Shown piece by piece: positions 47,871-57,977 of a stretch of 64,000 nucleotides of DNA. The translations under genes and the position numbers were made by a program. Numbering within the stretch: the first letter of the stretch is position 1; every line of letters begins with the position of its first letter. Below the pieces are notes generated by a model. It had not been told where the DNA came from. It saw only the letters and a program-made list of their open reading frames with translations, and did not search any database. Source of the stretch: Luteipulveratus halotolerans (GTDB lineage: Bacteria > Actinomycetota > Actinomycetes > Actinomycetales > Dermatophilaceae); the NCBI RefSeq assembly GCF_001247745.1, contig NZ_LAIR01000002.1:1093784-1157783 (forward strand), read 5' to 3'.

Positions 47871-48829
47871 CAGTCGACGTGCCGTTCGTGCTCGGGCCGT
47901 ACGGGGGCGGCGAGGTCGGCGTACGAGTCGGGTCGTCGGGTCGCGAGGAACGGGAACAGGTCGAGCCAGTCCTTGCGCTGTGCGAGGTCGAGGTCGGCGA
48001 CGAGTGCGGCCGCCCGGTCGCGCGGTGCCTGCACGAGCACCCGGCCGTAGGGATCGGCGATGAACGAGCTGCCGTAGAACGTGATCAGGCCCTCGGTGCC
48101 GTAGCGGTTGGGCGCGACCACGAACAGGCCGTTGGCGATGGCGTGGCCGACGATCGTGTGCTGCCACAGCGGCTGGGTGTCGAACTCGGGGTGGTCGGGC
48201 TCGGAGCCGATCGCGGTGGGGTAGGCGAGCACGTCGGCCCCGCCGAGGGCGTACAGCCGCGCGACCTCCGGGAACCACTCGTCCCAGCACGTCGGGAGGC
48301 CGAGCTTGACCTGTGGGTCCTCAACCGGCACAACGGGATACGCGTCATCGGCCGGGCCAGGGCGGAAGTACTTGTCCTCGTAGTAGCCGGCTGTCACGGG
48401 GATGTGCGTCTTGCGCGTTCGGGCGATCAGCCGACCGTCAGGAGCCACGAGCACGGCGGTGTTGAAACCGAGGCCGTCGTCCTGGTCGGCCTTCTCGTAG
48501 AGCGACGCGTGCACCATCGCGCCGGTCGCTGCAGCGGCCTCGCGGGCGAAGGCGACCGTGGGGCCGTCCTCGAGGCTCTCGGCCAGGTCTGACGGCGTCC
48601 CGGTGGGCAGCGTGTCGGCGGGGTAGCGCGACAGGGTCAGCTCGGGAAGGAACACGATGCGTGCTCCGGCCTCGGCTGCGGTCGTGATGCCGTCGAGCAG
48701 GGTCTTCTGCAGACGGTCGGTGTCCTCGTCCCAGGCGTGCTGGACGAGTCCGACACGCACCGGGGCGTGGTCGGGCTGGTCGACACGGGCCCAGGACGTC
48801 GGGACGGCCGGCGCGGTGATGAGCTCCAT
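47870..48829 (-). CDS. aguB: N-carbamoylputrescine amidase (carbon-nitrogen hydrolase family)
   Basis: Nitrilase-superfamily E-K-C triad context (...FLPELTL..., ...GLPTCWDEWFPE...). Start ATG at 48829 (MELITAP) or at 48853. Confidence 0.75.
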   Translation of the reverse strand: MELITAPAVPTSWARVDQPDHAPVRVGLVQHAWDEDTDRLQKTLLDGITTAAEAGARIVFLPELTLSRYPADTLPTGTPSDLAESLEDGPTVAFAREAAAATGAMVHASLYEKADQDDGLGFNTAVLVAPDGRLIARTRKTHIPVTAGYYEDKYFRPGPADDAYPVVPVEDPQVKLGLPTCWDEWFPEVARLYALGGADVLAYPTAIGSEPDHPEFDTQPLWQHTIVGHAIANGLFVVAPNRYGTEGLITFYGSSFIADPYGRVLVQAPRDRAAALVADLDLAQRKDWLDLFPFLATRRPDSYADLAAPVRPEHERHVD

Positions 48830-48921
48830 GCGGGCCAGTATTGCGCCCGTCACAGCAGCCCGGCGCGGGGCTGCGCCCGCGTGCAGCCGAGCGTCGGCGT
48901 GTGAGACCGTCTCGTGTGCGC

Positions 48922-49152
48922 ATGAGCGAGTTCTGGCGACTGATGGACGACGAGTTCGGTGCGTCCTACAGCCGGATGCTGGCGAGCACTCACGTGCTGC
49001 ACGCGCTCGACGACCTCACGGTCGAGCAGGCCCTGGCCGCGCACCGTCGGCCGCGCGACGTCTGGGAGGCGTTGTGCGACGACATGAACGTGCCCCCGGA
49101 GCGCCGCCTCGGGGTCGACCTGCCCGTCCGAGACAACCCCAAGGAGTCGTAG
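48922..49152 (+). CDS. DUF3046-family small protein (conserved upstream of recA in actinobacteria)
   Basis: 76 aa (MSEFWRLMDDEFGASYS...). Its position relative to recA matches mycobacteria. Confidence 0.65.
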   Translation: MSEFWRLMDDEFGASYSRMLASTHVLHALDDLTVEQALAAHRRPRDVWEALCDDMNVPPERRLGVDLPVRDNPKES

Positions 49153-49953
49153 GTGAAGCGCACCGTCTCGTCCGTCCTCAACCTCCAGGTCACGACACCG
49201 GCACGCCTCGTGCTCCAGGTCGCCGTGGCGCCGAGGCCGGGACTGCGCATCGAGGACGCGTTCACGGTCACGGCGCAGGGTGAGGCTCGTGACGTCACCG
49301 CCATCGTCGGCAAGCACGACGGCATCTGCCACGTCGTCGACGTCGAGCCCGGGCAGCATGAGGTCCGCTACGAGGCGAGCGTCGAGGGTGAGGCCGAGCC
49401 GTTCGAGGACGACATCGCCGATCGCCTCACCTATCTGCTGCCGAGCCGCTACTGCGAGTCCGACCGGCTGCTCGGCTCGGCCCGCGAGGAGTTCGAGGGT
49501 GTGCAGGGCATGGAGCTGGTCCAGGCCGTACGCGCATGGGTGCGCAAGCGGACGGCGTACGTCGTCGGCTCCTCGCGCGTCACCGACAGCGCGGTCGACA
49601 CGTTCCTGGCGCGCGACGGCGTCTGCCGCGACTTCGCCCACCTGACCGTCGCGATGCTGCGTGCGCGTGAGGTGCCGGCCCGGATCGTCGCGTGCTACGC
49701 GCCCGGCCTGGTGCCGATGGACTTCCACGCCGTCGCCGAGGCCTACGTCGACGGCGCCTGGCACCTGGTCGACTCCACGGGCATGGCGCCACGGCAGTCG
49801 TTGCTGCGCATCTCCACCGGACGCGATGCTGCCGACACCTCGTTCATGACGCGTTTCGGCGGGCGGGTCAACCTGCGGGGCATGCGCGTGACCGCGCTGC
49901 TCGAGGGCAACCTGCACACCGACGACCACACCTCGCCCGTGGTGATGGTCTGA
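49153..49953 (+). CDS. Transglutaminase-like cysteine-protease-fold protein
   Basis: GTG start right after an aaggag RBS. The CRDFAHL...H...D arrangement is typical of transglutaminase-like cores. Confidence 0.65.
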   Translation: MKRTVSSVLNLQVTTPARLVLQVAVAPRPGLRIEDAFTVTAQGEARDVTAIVGKHDGICHVVDVEPGQHEVRYEASVEGEAEPFEDDIADRLTYLLPSRYCESDRLLGSAREEFEGVQGMELVQAVRAWVRKRTAYVVGSSRVTDSAVDTFLARDGVCRDFAHLTVAMLRAREVPARIVACYAPGLVPMDFHAVAEAYVDGAWHLVDSTGMAPRQSLLRISTGRDAADTSFMTRFGGRVNLRGMRVTALLEGNLHTDDHTSPVVMV

Positions 49954-49998
49954 CGTCGCGCGGTTCGCGACACGCGCGTACGGCGGGTCGCGCGCCGC

Positions 49999-50014
49999 TC
50001 GTACGCATGTTCGG
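49999..50014. promoter_or_regulatory. LexA (SOS) box-like site TCGTAC-gcat-GTTCGG
   Basis: 2 mismatches to the actinobacterial TCGAAC-N4-GTTCGA consensus. It lies about 175 nt upstream of recA. Confidence 0.4.
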
Positions 50015-50082
50015 ATACGTTGTGCACAGGTGCCCGCTCGACGGGTCGTTCGTCCACAGCGTGCTCGGACGTCCGCGACGGC

Positions 50083-50104
50083 TGTCGGTGCTGGCTCCTA
50101 GCGT
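50083..50104 (+). promoter_or_regulatory. PafBC-dependent RecA-NDp-type promoter motif TGTCGGTG-N8-TAGCGT
   Basis: gcTGTCGGTGctggctccTAGCGTct. It lies about 87 nt upstream of the recA ATG, where an RBS gaaggagaag immediately precedes the ATG. Confidence 0.45.
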
Positions 50105-50190
50105 CTGACTCGTACCGAGGTCCATCGCACGCGTGGGCTGAGGTCGGTCGCCGGGAGGCGCGCCCGCCCACGTTCTGAAGGAGAAGCCAG

Positions 50191-51273
50191 ATGGCTGCAG
50201 CACCCAAGTCCGGTCCCGCCGGCGGAGACAAGCACAAGTCGCTCGACGTCGTCCTGTCCCAGATCGAGAAGTCGCACGGCAAGGGTGCGGTGATGCGCCT
50301 CGGTGACGACATCCGCCCGCCGATCGAGGTCATCCCGACCGGCGCCATCACGCTCGACGTCGCGCTCGGTATCGGCGGTCTGCCGCGTGGCCGCGTCGTG
50401 GAGGTCTACGGGCCGGAGAGCTCGGGTAAGACGACGGTCGCCCTGCACGCCGTCGCCAACGCCCAGCGCAACGGCGGGCTCGCCGCCTTCATCGACGCCG
50501 AGCACGCACTCGACCCGGAATACGCGAAGAAGCTCGGCGTCGACACCGACAACCTGCTGGTCAGCCAGCCCGACACCGGTGAGCAGGCGCTCGAGATCGC
50601 CGACATGCTGATCCGCTCCGGCTCGCTCGACATCATCGTCATCGACTCGGTCGCAGCCCTCGTGCCGCGCGCTGAGATCGAGGGCGAGATGGGTGACAGC
50701 CACGTCGGCCTGCAGGCCCGCCTCATGAGCCAGGCGCTGCGCAAGATCACCGGCGCGCTCAACAGCACGGGCACGACGGCGATCTTCATCAACCAGCTGC
50801 GCGAGAAGATCGGCGTGATGTTCGGCTCGCCCGAGACCACCACGGGTGGCAAGGCGCTGAAGTTCTACGCCTCGGTCCGCCTCGACGTCCGTCGCATCGA
50901 GACTCTCAAGGACGGTTCGGAGCCGGTCGGCAACCGCACCCGCGTCAAGGTCGTCAAGAACAAGGTGTCCCCGCCGTTCAAGCAGGCCGAGTTCGACATC
51001 CTCTACGGCCAGGGCATCTCCCGTGAGGGCGGCCTGATCGACATGGGCGTCGAGCACGGGTTCGTGCGCAAGTCCGGCGCTTGGTACACCTACGAGGGCG
51101 ACCAGCTGGGGCAGGGCAAGGAGAACGCCCGCAACTTCCTCAAGGACAACCCCGACCTCGCCGACGAGATCGAGAAGAAGATCAAGGAAAAGCTCGGGGT
51201 CGGCCCGCAGCTGGACAAGCCGGCCGAGGCGCCCGCCGAGGCTCCGGCGGCTGAGGTCCCGGTCTCCTTCTGA
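50191..51273 (+). CDS. recA: Recombinase RecA
   Basis: Walker [11 protein letters not shown]1/L2 loops, and full-length 360-aa conservation. Confidence 0.95.
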   Translation: MAAAPKSGPAGGDKHKSLDVVLSQIEKSHGKGAVMRLGDDIRPPIEVIPTGAITLDVALGIGGLPRGRVVEVYGPESSGKTTVALHAVANAQRNGGLAAFIDAEHALDPEYAKKLGVDTDNLLVSQPDTGEQALEIADMLIRSGSLDIIVIDSVAALVPRAEIEGEMGDSHVGLQARLMSQALRKITGALNSTGTTAIFINQLREKIGVMFGSPETTTGGKALKFYASVRLDVRRIETLKDGSEPVGNRTRVKVVKNKVSPPFKQAEFDILYGQGISREGGLIDMGVEHGFVRKSGAWYTYEGDQLGQGKENARNFLKDNPDLADEIEKKIKEKLGVGPQLDKPAEAPAEAPAAEVPVSF

Positions 51274-51275
51274 TC

Positions 51276-51992
51276 GTGGATCGTCCGTTCGACCGTCCGG
51301 CCGGGCCGCCTCCCGCGTTCGCGCAGGAAGCGGCCCGGTCGGCCGACGGCACCGCGACCTCCGCGTCGACGTCGTACGAACCCTCCAGCAGCCGACGGCC
51401 CACCCGTGAGCAGCGCCGCACGAGTCCTGGCGCAGCCGCCCAGCGCCGCACCGGGCGCGCGCCCGAGGCTCCCGACGACCCGTCCCGCGCTGCGAGTCAG
51501 GACCCCGAGCCGGACGCGCACGAGGTGGCGCGGGCGATCGTGCTGCGACAGCTGACGATGGCGCCGCGCAGCCGCAAACAGCTGGAGGACAAGCTCCGCC
51601 AGAAGGACTGCGACGAGCAGGTGGCACGCCAGGTCCTCGACCGGATGGAGGAGGTGGGCCTGGTCGACGACGAGGCCTACGCCCAGATGGTCGTCCGCAC
51701 CCAGCAGACCGGACGTGGTCTGGCGCGTCGGGCGCTGCGCCAGGAGCTGCGACGCAAAGGCGTCGACGACGAGGTCGCTGCGGCGACGCTGGACGACATC
51801 GACGACGAGAGCGAGCGGGATCGAGCACGAGCGCTGGCCGAGAAGAAGATGCGCTCGATGCACGGTCTCGACGCGACCGTGCAGACCCGTCGGCTCGCGG
51901 GCATGCTTGCCCGCAAAGGGTATTCGTCATCGGTGGCGTGGGCGGTCATCCGCGAGGTCATCGCCGACGCACCTGAGCACCAGCCCGACTGA
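51276..51992 (+). CDS. recX: Regulatory protein RecX
   Basis: It starts 2 nt after recA, with an N-terminal low-complexity extension. The helical repeat core (IVLRQLTMAPRSRKQLEDKL...) is RecX-like. The true start may be internal. Confidence 0.75.
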   Translation: MDRPFDRPAGPPPAFAQEAARSADGTATSASTSYEPSSSRRPTREQRRTSPGAAAQRRTGRAPEAPDDPSRAASQDPEPDAHEVARAIVLRQLTMAPRSRKQLEDKLRQKDCDEQVARQVLDRMEEVGLVDDEAYAQMVVRTQQTGRGLARRALRQELRRKGVDDEVAAATLDDIDDESERDRARALAEKKMRSMHGLDATVQTRRLAGMLARKGYSSSVAWAVIREVIADAPEHQPD

Positions 51993-52046
51993 CCGCGTGC
52001 ACCGATCGTGCATGCGCCGACGCACGACGCATGCAGGAGAGGTTCT

Positions 52047-53342
52047 GTGAGTCATCAGCACCACGGTGCAGGCGCCGACGACGTGCGCCACGACATCGGT
52101 GCCGGCGTCACGGCGATCGAGCGCGGCTGGGGTGACGCGTTCGACGACGCTGCGGTGGCACTCGCCCAGCAGTGCTCCACCGCAGCCGGAGCCCGGGCCG
52201 TCGTCGCCGAGCTGGACGCCCAGCTCGGCCAGTACCTCACGCGCGCATGGGAGCACGGCTGGCAGCCGGCCGACGTGCACCGCATGGCGGTGCGCCGAGT
52301 CGCGTCCGCCGAGCAGCACCTCACCCTCGACCTTGTCGTACGCCACCTCGACGGGTTCGCGTCGGCGACGGTCGACCCGACCTGGCATGCACAGCTCAAG
52401 GCACTCGACGGACGCTGGTGGTGGTCACGCTCGCAGCCGCTGCTGCTCGCGCACCGTGAGCGCGGCACCGACTGGCTGACGCTGCTCACGAGCACGCTCA
52501 CCGTGCTGCACCTGCTCATGGTGCTGCCGCCGATCGAGCGGCTCACCGCGGTGCCGGGTGCGTACGTACCCGACACCGGTGCTCCCACCGACGAGCAGCG
52601 TCCGAAGGTCGATGAGCGGGTCCTGCAGCGCGTACGCCGTCTGCTGGCGCAAGCCGAGTCGACGCCGTACGAGCCGGAGGCCGAGACGTTCACCGCTGCG
52701 GCGCAGTCGCTGATGGCCCGGCACAGCATCGATGCCGCGCTGCTCGCGCAGTCCGGTGAGGAGCGCGGCCGGTCGCGCTCCGGGCCGGTGGGTCGGCGCA
52801 TCGGGGTCGACCAGCCCTACGACGCCCAGAAGGCCCTCCTGCTCGCTGCGGTCGCCGAGGCCAACCGCTGCCGGATGGTGTGGAGCCAGCACCTCGGCTT
52901 CGGCACGGTCGTCGGCTTCGCGCCCGACCTCGACGCCGTCGAGATGCTCTACACCTCGCTGCTCGTGCAGGCGACGCGAGCGATGACTGCGGCCGGACAG
53001 CGCACCGACCAGCGCGGACGCAGCCGCACCCGAGGGTTCCGGTCCTCGTTCCTGTCGGCGTACGCCACCCGAATCGGGGAGCGGCTGCAGGAGGCGGCGC
53101 AGGCGCAGGTCGCAGCGATGGAGTCCGAGGCGAGCACCGGCGAGCGATCGGGTACCTCGCTCGTCCACGTGCTGGAGCACCGGCACGAGGAGGTGACCGA
53201 GGCGATCGAGGAGCTGTTCCCCGTGGTGCAGCGCAAGGGACCACGGCGGCCCAAGGACGCCGAGGGCTGGTACTCCGGGCTCAGCGCGGCTGATCGGGCG
53301 CGGCTCGGCGGCGAGGGTCAGGCACTCGACGCACGCGGCTGA
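52047..53342 (+). CDS. DUF2786-containing hypothetical protein
   Basis: A GTG start after RBS aggaga. It contains a VRRLLAQAESTPYEPEAETFTAAAQSLMARHSID segment matching the DUF2786 signature. Confidence 0.55.
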   Translation: MSHQHHGAGADDVRHDIGAGVTAIERGWGDAFDDAAVALAQQCSTAAGARAVVAELDAQLGQYLTRAWEHGWQPADVHRMAVRRVASAEQHLTLDLVVRHLDGFASATVDPTWHAQLKALDGRWWWSRSQPLLLAHRERGTDWLTLLTSTLTVLHLLMVLPPIERLTAVPGAYVPDTGAPTDEQRPKVDERVLQRVRRLLAQAESTPYEPEAETFTAAAQSLMARHSIDAALLAQSGEERGRSRSGPVGRRIGVDQPYDAQKALLLAAVAEANRCRMVWSQHLGFGTVVGFAPDLDAVEMLYTSLLVQATRAMTAAGQRTDQRGRSRTRGFRSSFLSAYATRIGERLQEAAQAQVAAMESEASTGERSGTSLVHVLEHRHEEVTEAIEELFPVVQRKGPRRPKDAEGWYSGLSAADRARLGGEGQALDARG

Positions 53343-54208
53343 GCGCGTCCGACGCCGAGGGCGCGTCGCAGCGCCGGGATCGAGCTGACGAGATCGGGGT
53401 CCGGCGCGCGGCCGGTGACGACCGACAGGCGCAGCGTGACGCGTACAGGCAGCGGTTCGATCACCTCGTCGTCCCGCAGCTGGTGGGCGATGGCACTGCG
53501 CGGCAGGACAGCGATGCAGTCGCCGGCGCGGGCGTACGCGATGGTCGTCGGCAGCGTCGGGCCTTGCTGTGGGCGTGCTCTGAGGCGCTCCAGCCGCTCG
53601 TGCAGCACGGGGCCCATCCGGTCGTAGGTCGAGTAGACGACGCGTCGCCCGGCGAGGGCCCGTCTGCCCCTGCCGAGCGGTGCCACGTCACGGCGCCGGA
53701 GCGTGACCAGGGTGTCCTCGCCGAGCGCATGGACGCGCACCAGGCGGGGGAGCGTCACCTGCTCGGCGACGGCAACGACCGCCGCGTCGAGGCTGCCCTC
53801 GGCGACCTGCTCGATCAGCGCCGGGCCGTGGTCGACGACAGCGAGCACCTCGCGGTCCAGGCACCGCTCCAGGGCGGGAAAGACGGCAGGGGACAGCGAC
53901 ACGAACGTCCCGACCCGGGGTGGACGAGCCTCCGACGCGGCCGACGCCGTGGCGTACGCACGCTCCAGGTGGCCGATGATGTGCGCCGCCTGGCGACCGA
54001 GCTCTGCGCCGGCCGGAGTCGGCCGAGCACCCGTCGTGTCTCGCTCGAAAAGCCTTGCGCCACAACGGCGTTCGATTGACGACAGCCGCTGGCTCGCGGA
54101 GGGCTGAGCGACCCGAAGGGCTCGTGCAGCGGCGCCGATGGAGCCGTGCTCGACGATCGCGAGCACGAGCCGGAGATCATCGACCGATGGTGTCATTGGC
54201 ATAGGCAC
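53318..54208 (-). CDS. LysR-family transcriptional regulator
   Basis: An N-terminal HTH (LRLVLAIVEHGSIGAAARAL) and a C-terminal substrate-binding domain. The start is one of GTG 54208, ATG 54202 or ATG 54196. An ATAG-N7-CTAT LysR-type box lies at 54201-54215. Confidence 0.8.
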   Translation of the reverse strand: MPMPMTPSVDDLRLVLAIVEHGSIGAAARALRVAQPSASQRLSSIERRCGARLFERDTTGARPTPAGAELGRQAAHIIGHLERAYATASAASEARPPRVGTFVSLSPAVFPALERCLDREVLAVVDHGPALIEQVAEGSLDAAVVAVAEQVTLPRLVRVHALGEDTLVTLRRRDVAPLGRGRRALAGRRVVYSTYDRMGPVLHERLERLRARPQQGPTLPTTIAYARAGDCIAVLPRSAIAHQLRDDEVIEPLPVRVTLRLSVVTGRAPDPDLVSSIPALRRALGVGRAQPRASSA

Positions 54209-54274
54209 AGGCTATGTCCGGAGCAGGTGATTGCAGGGCTACCTCGTCACGCTGCACACGATCACGCTGGTCCC

Positions 54275-55045
54275 ATGACGACGAGCACGCAGACCCTGAC
54301 CCCCGAGGCGGCACTCACCTGGCTCCAGCGCTGGGACGCCCAGCAGGCGACGTACTTCACCGACCGCGAGGAGCGCTTCGAGGTGATCTGTGACGTGGTC
54401 GAGCACGTCCTCGACCGCCCGGACCCGCTCATCGTCGACCTCGGCGTCGGACCGGGCTCGCTCGCGACCCGGTTGCTGCAGCGGCTGCCCGGAGCGCGCG
54501 TGGTCGGCGCTGACATGGACCCGCTCCTGCTGGGTCTCGCCGAGCGCGCCTACGGCGGCGACCGGTTCCGCACCGTGCGGGTCGACCTGCGCACCGACGG
54601 GTGGCTCGATGCGCTGGAGCTCGACCGCGCACCGGACGCTTTCGTGAGCACGACGGCGCTGCACTGGCTGGACCGCCCCGCCCTCATGCGGCTGCTGACG
54701 ACCGCCTCGTCCGCACTGGTGCCCGGGGGAGTCGTGGTCGACGGAGACCACCTGTACGACGGAGCGCGCTCGCTCGACGAGCTGACGCGCGTGCTTGCCG
54801 ATCGCGCGGCCGATCGCGCTGGTCGCGTCGAGGGCGAGGACTGGCGGGCCTGGTGGGACGCCGTGCCGGCTGCGCCCGAGCTGGCCGCGCTGCGCGACGC
54901 TCGGGCACGCGTCGACCTCGCTCATGACGTGCACGACCTCCCGTCCACCGCCGACTACCTGCAAGCGATGCGTGACGGGGGCTGCTCCCAGGTCGGCCAG
55001 GTCTGGCAGGTCGGTGACGACCGGGTCGTCGTCGGTCTGCGCTGA
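54275..55045 (+). CDS. Class I SAM-dependent methyltransferase
   Basis: Motif I VDLGVGPGS. It is divergent from the LysR gene. Confidence 0.7.
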   Translation: MTTSTQTLTPEAALTWLQRWDAQQATYFTDREERFEVICDVVEHVLDRPDPLIVDLGVGPGSLATRLLQRLPGARVVGADMDPLLLGLAERAYGGDRFRTVRVDLRTDGWLDALELDRAPDAFVSTTALHWLDRPALMRLLTTASSALVPGGVVVDGDHLYDGARSLDELTRVLADRAADRAGRVEGEDWRAWWDAVPAAPELAALRDARARVDLAHDVHDLPSTADYLQAMRDGGCSQVGQVWQVGDDRVVVGLR

Positions 55046-55109
55046 GCAGTCCCGCAGGGAAGGCCGGTTCCGGACCCGCGACGTCCGGAACCGGTCGTAC
55101 GGTCGACCC

Positions 55110-55520
55110 ATGACCGACACGACGAGACCACGCCCGAAGCTGGACCTGATCGTCATCGACTGCCCGGACGCACTCGAGCTCGCCGGGTTCTACGGCGAGG
55201 TGCTCGGCTGGCAGCTGGAGGACGGCGCCGACCGTGACTGGGCGACACTGCAGCCGCCCGGTGGCGGCATCGGCCCTGACAACCCCGACGGTCACACAGC
55301 GGTGGCGTTCCAGCGCATCGAGGACTGGGTCGAGCCGACCTGGCCGGGCGGCGGGCACCCGCAGCAGATGCACCTCGACCTGGCCGTCGGCGACATCGAG
55401 GCCGCCGAGCCGGCCGTCCTCGCGGCCGGCGCCCGCGTGCACGAGCACCAGCCGTCGAAGGACGGTGGGTTCAGGGTCTACCTCGACCCCGCCGGCCACC
55501 CTTTCTGCCTCATCCGGTGA
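55110..55520 (+). CDS. VOC/glyoxalase-family protein
   Basis: 136 aa (MTDTTRPRPKLDLIVIDCPDALELAGFYGEVLGW...). Confidence 0.65.
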   Translation: MTDTTRPRPKLDLIVIDCPDALELAGFYGEVLGWQLEDGADRDWATLQPPGGGIGPDNPDGHTAVAFQRIEDWVEPTWPGGGHPQQMHLDLAVGDIEAAEPAVLAAGARVHEHQPSKDGGFRVYLDPAGHPFCLIR

Positions 55521-55527
55521 GGCGACC

Positions 55528-55935
55528 TCACATGGAGTGCAGCGCGCGCTGACCGTGCAACGCGTCGGTCGGCACGATGTCCTTCCCGAACGGCACCAGC
55601 GTCACCGGGATGAGCTTGATGTTGGCGATCGCCAGCGGGATGCCGACGATCGTGATCGCCTGCGCGACGGCAGTCACGATGTGTCCGATCGCGAGCCACC
55701 AGCCCGCGAGCACGAACCAGATCACGTTGAGCACCACGGCGCCGGCGCCGGCACTCGGCTTGGCGACGATGGTGCGACCGAACGGCCACAGCACGTAGGA
55801 CGCGATCCGGAACGACGCGACCCCGAACGGGATCGTGACGATCAGCACGCACATGATCAGCCCGGCGAGGGCGTACCCGATGGCCAGCCACAGCCCGGCG
55901 AGCACGAACCAGATCAGGTTGAGCAGCAGCCTCAT
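55528..55935 (-). CDS. YccF-domain inner-membrane protein (tandem DUF307 repeats)
   Basis: An internal duplication, LNLIWFVLAGLWLAIGY / LNVIWFVLAGWWLAIGH. The ATG at 55935 overlaps the upstream stop. Confidence 0.7.
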   Translation of the reverse strand: MRLLLNLIWFVLAGLWLAIGYALAGLIMCVLIVTIPFGVASFRIASYVLWPFGRTIVAKPSAGAGAVVLNVIWFVLAGWWLAIGHIVTAVAQAITIVGIPLAIANIKLIPVTLVPFGKDIVPTDALHGQRALHSM

Positions 55936-56285
55936 CCGGCGTTGCCGCTCGAACCCGTCGCGACCTCGTACGACCACAGCTCGGCGCTCATGCCGACCGG
56001 CCGCTGCGGGGCCTCCCCGGAGCCGGAGCCCGACTCGCCCTCGCCGGACGTACCGCGGTGGGCGTGCCCGAAGCTCTGGCTCGACTTCCACGCCTCGAAG
56101 GACTCCTCGTCGGCCCAGCGCGTGATGACCAGCCAGGTGGTGCGGTCATCCGTCGGCTTGAGCAGCTCGAAGCCCTCGAAGCCCGGCTGGTCGTCGACGG
56201 CGCCCTGACGCGCGGCGAACCGCTTGCCGAGCTCGTCTCCGCTGTCGGCGGGCACGGTGATGGCGTTGATCTTCACGATGCTCAT
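55932..56285 (-). CDS. Antibiotic-biosynthesis-monooxygenase (ABM) fold protein with Gly/Ser-rich tail
   Basis: 117 aa with an ABM-like ferredoxin fold pattern ([19 protein letters not shown]). Confidence 0.6.
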   Translation of the reverse strand: MSIVKINAITVPADSGDELGKRFAARQGAVDDQPGFEGFELLKPTDDRTTWLVITRWADEESFEAWKSSQSFGHAHRGTSGEGESGSGSGEAPQRPVGMSAELWSYEVATGSSGNAG

Positions 56286-56377
56286 ACGCTCGATCCTCCC
56301 GTACGCCGTCGCCGGCCGGCCGCGGGGCCGCGCGAGTTCGGGGAGAGGTGGGCGGCCGTCGTACCCTGGGTGGCGCC

Positions 56378-57895
56378 ATGAAGACCTATGAGGTGCGCAC
56401 CCACGGGTGCCAGATGAACGTCCACGACTCCGAGCGCATCAGCGGCCTGCTGGAGTCGGCCGGCTACGTCGACGTCGACGGCCTTGCTGTCGGCGAACGG
56501 CCTGATGCACCCGACGTCGTGGTCTTCAACACCTGCGCCGTGCGCGAGAACGCCGACAACAAGCTCTACGGCAACCTCGGCCACCTGCGTCCGGTCAAGC
56601 AGCAGAACCCGGGCATGCAGATCGCCGTCGGCGGCTGTCTCGCGCAGAAGGACCGCGGCGAGATCGTCCGCAAGGCGCCCTGGGTCGACGTGGTCTTCGG
56701 CACCCACAACGTCGGCTCGCTGCCGGTGCTGCTCGAGCGCGCCCGGCACAACGCCGAGGCGCAGGTCGAGATCCTGGAGTCGCTCGAGACGTTCCCCTCG
56801 ACGCTGCCGACGCGCCGCGACTCGGCCTACAGCGGCTGGGTGTCGATCTCGGTCGGCTGCAACAACACGTGCACGTTCTGCATCGTCCCGAGCCTGCGCG
56901 GCAAGGAGAAGGACCGTCGCCCGGGCGAGATCCTCGCCGAGGTCGAGGCACTCGTCGAGCAGGGAGTCGTCGAGATCACGCTGCTCGGCCAGAACGTCAA
57001 CTCCTACGGCGTCGAGTTCGGCGACCGGCTGGCGTTCGGCAAGCTGCTGCGCGCGTGCGGTGACATCAAGGGTCTGGAGCGGGTGCGCTTCACCAGCCCC
57101 CACCCGGCGGCGTTCACCGACGACGTGATCGATGCGATGGCCGAGACGCCCAACGTGATGCCGTCGCTGCACATGCCGCTGCAGGCGGGCTCGGACAAGG
57201 TCCTCAAGGACATGCGCCGGTCCTACCGCTCGGCCAAGTTCCTCGGCATCCTCGACCGGGTGCGGGAGCGCATGCCCGACGCCGCGATCACGACCGACCT
57301 GATCGTCGGCTTCCCGGGTGAGACCGAGGAGGACTTCGACGAGACGCTGCGGGTCGTCCGCGAGTCGCGCTTCTCGTCGGCCTTCACCTTCCAGTACTCC
57401 ATCCGCCCGGGCACGCCGGCGGCCACGATGGCCGACCAGATCCCCAAGGCCGTGGTGCAGGACCGCTTCGACCGGCTGCTGAAGGTGCAGGAGGAGGTCT
57501 CCTGGAGCGAGAACCGCGCTCAGGAGGGCCGCACGGTCGAGGTGCTGGTCGCGCCGGGAGAGGGCCGCAAGGACGCTGCCACCCAGCGCATGTCGGGTCG
57601 TGCGCGGGACAACCGGCTCGTCCACTTCAGCGTGCCCGAGGGCGGCGAGACGCCGCGTCCGGGCGACATGGTGACGGTCGACGTGACGTACGGCGCCCCG
57701 CACCACCTCGTCGCCGACTCCGGTGTCGAGGGCGGCACCTATGCCGTACGCCGGACGCGCGGTGGTGACGCGTGGGAGGCGCTGCAGGCCGACGCTGCCG
57801 AGGGGGTCTCCCGGAAGCCGGCCGTCGCGCTGGGCATGCCCTCGATCGGCAAGCCGGCGACCCCCGAGGTCAGCGCGCCCGCCTGCGGCATCTGA
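56378..57895 (+). CDS. miaB: tRNA-i6A37 methylthiotransferase MiaB
   Basis: An MTTase N-domain with conserved Cys, radical-SAM CNNTCTFC and a TRAM domain. The position after recX matches mycobacteria. Confidence 0.85.
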   Translation: MKTYEVRTHGCQMNVHDSERISGLLESAGYVDVDGLAVGERPDAPDVVVFNTCAVRENADNKLYGNLGHLRPVKQQNPGMQIAVGGCLAQKDRGEIVRKAPWVDVVFGTHNVGSLPVLLERARHNAEAQVEILESLETFPSTLPTRRDSAYSGWVSISVGCNNTCTFCIVPSLRGKEKDRRPGEILAEVEALVEQGVVEITLLGQNVNSYGVEFGDRLAFGKLLRACGDIKGLERVRFTSPHPAAFTDDVIDAMAETPNVMPSLHMPLQAGSDKVLKDMRRSYRSAKFLGILDRVRERMPDAAITTDLIVGFPGETEEDFDETLRVVRESRFSSAFTFQYSIRPGTPAATMADQIPKAVVQDRFDRLLKVQEEVSWSENRAQEGRTVEVLVAPGEGRKDAATQRMSGRARDNRLVHFSVPEGGETPRPGDMVTVDVTYGAPHHLVADSGVEGGTYAVRRTRGGDAWEALQADAAEGVSRKPAVALGMPSIGKPATPEVSAPACGI

Positions 57896-57901
57896 CGCAC
57901 C

Positions 57902-57957
57902 AGGCGAGATGGGACTTCATGGGCTGCTGTGCGCACTCGTGAAGTCACATCTCGCCT
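57902..57957. terminator. Bidirectional terminator: 18-bp stem (1 mismatch) aggcgagatgggacttca / tgaagtcacatctcgcct between convergent miaB and arsC-family genes
   Basis: Read directly from the sequence. Confidence 0.45.
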
Positions 57958-57977
57958 CGACGTGAGGCCCTGGGTGG

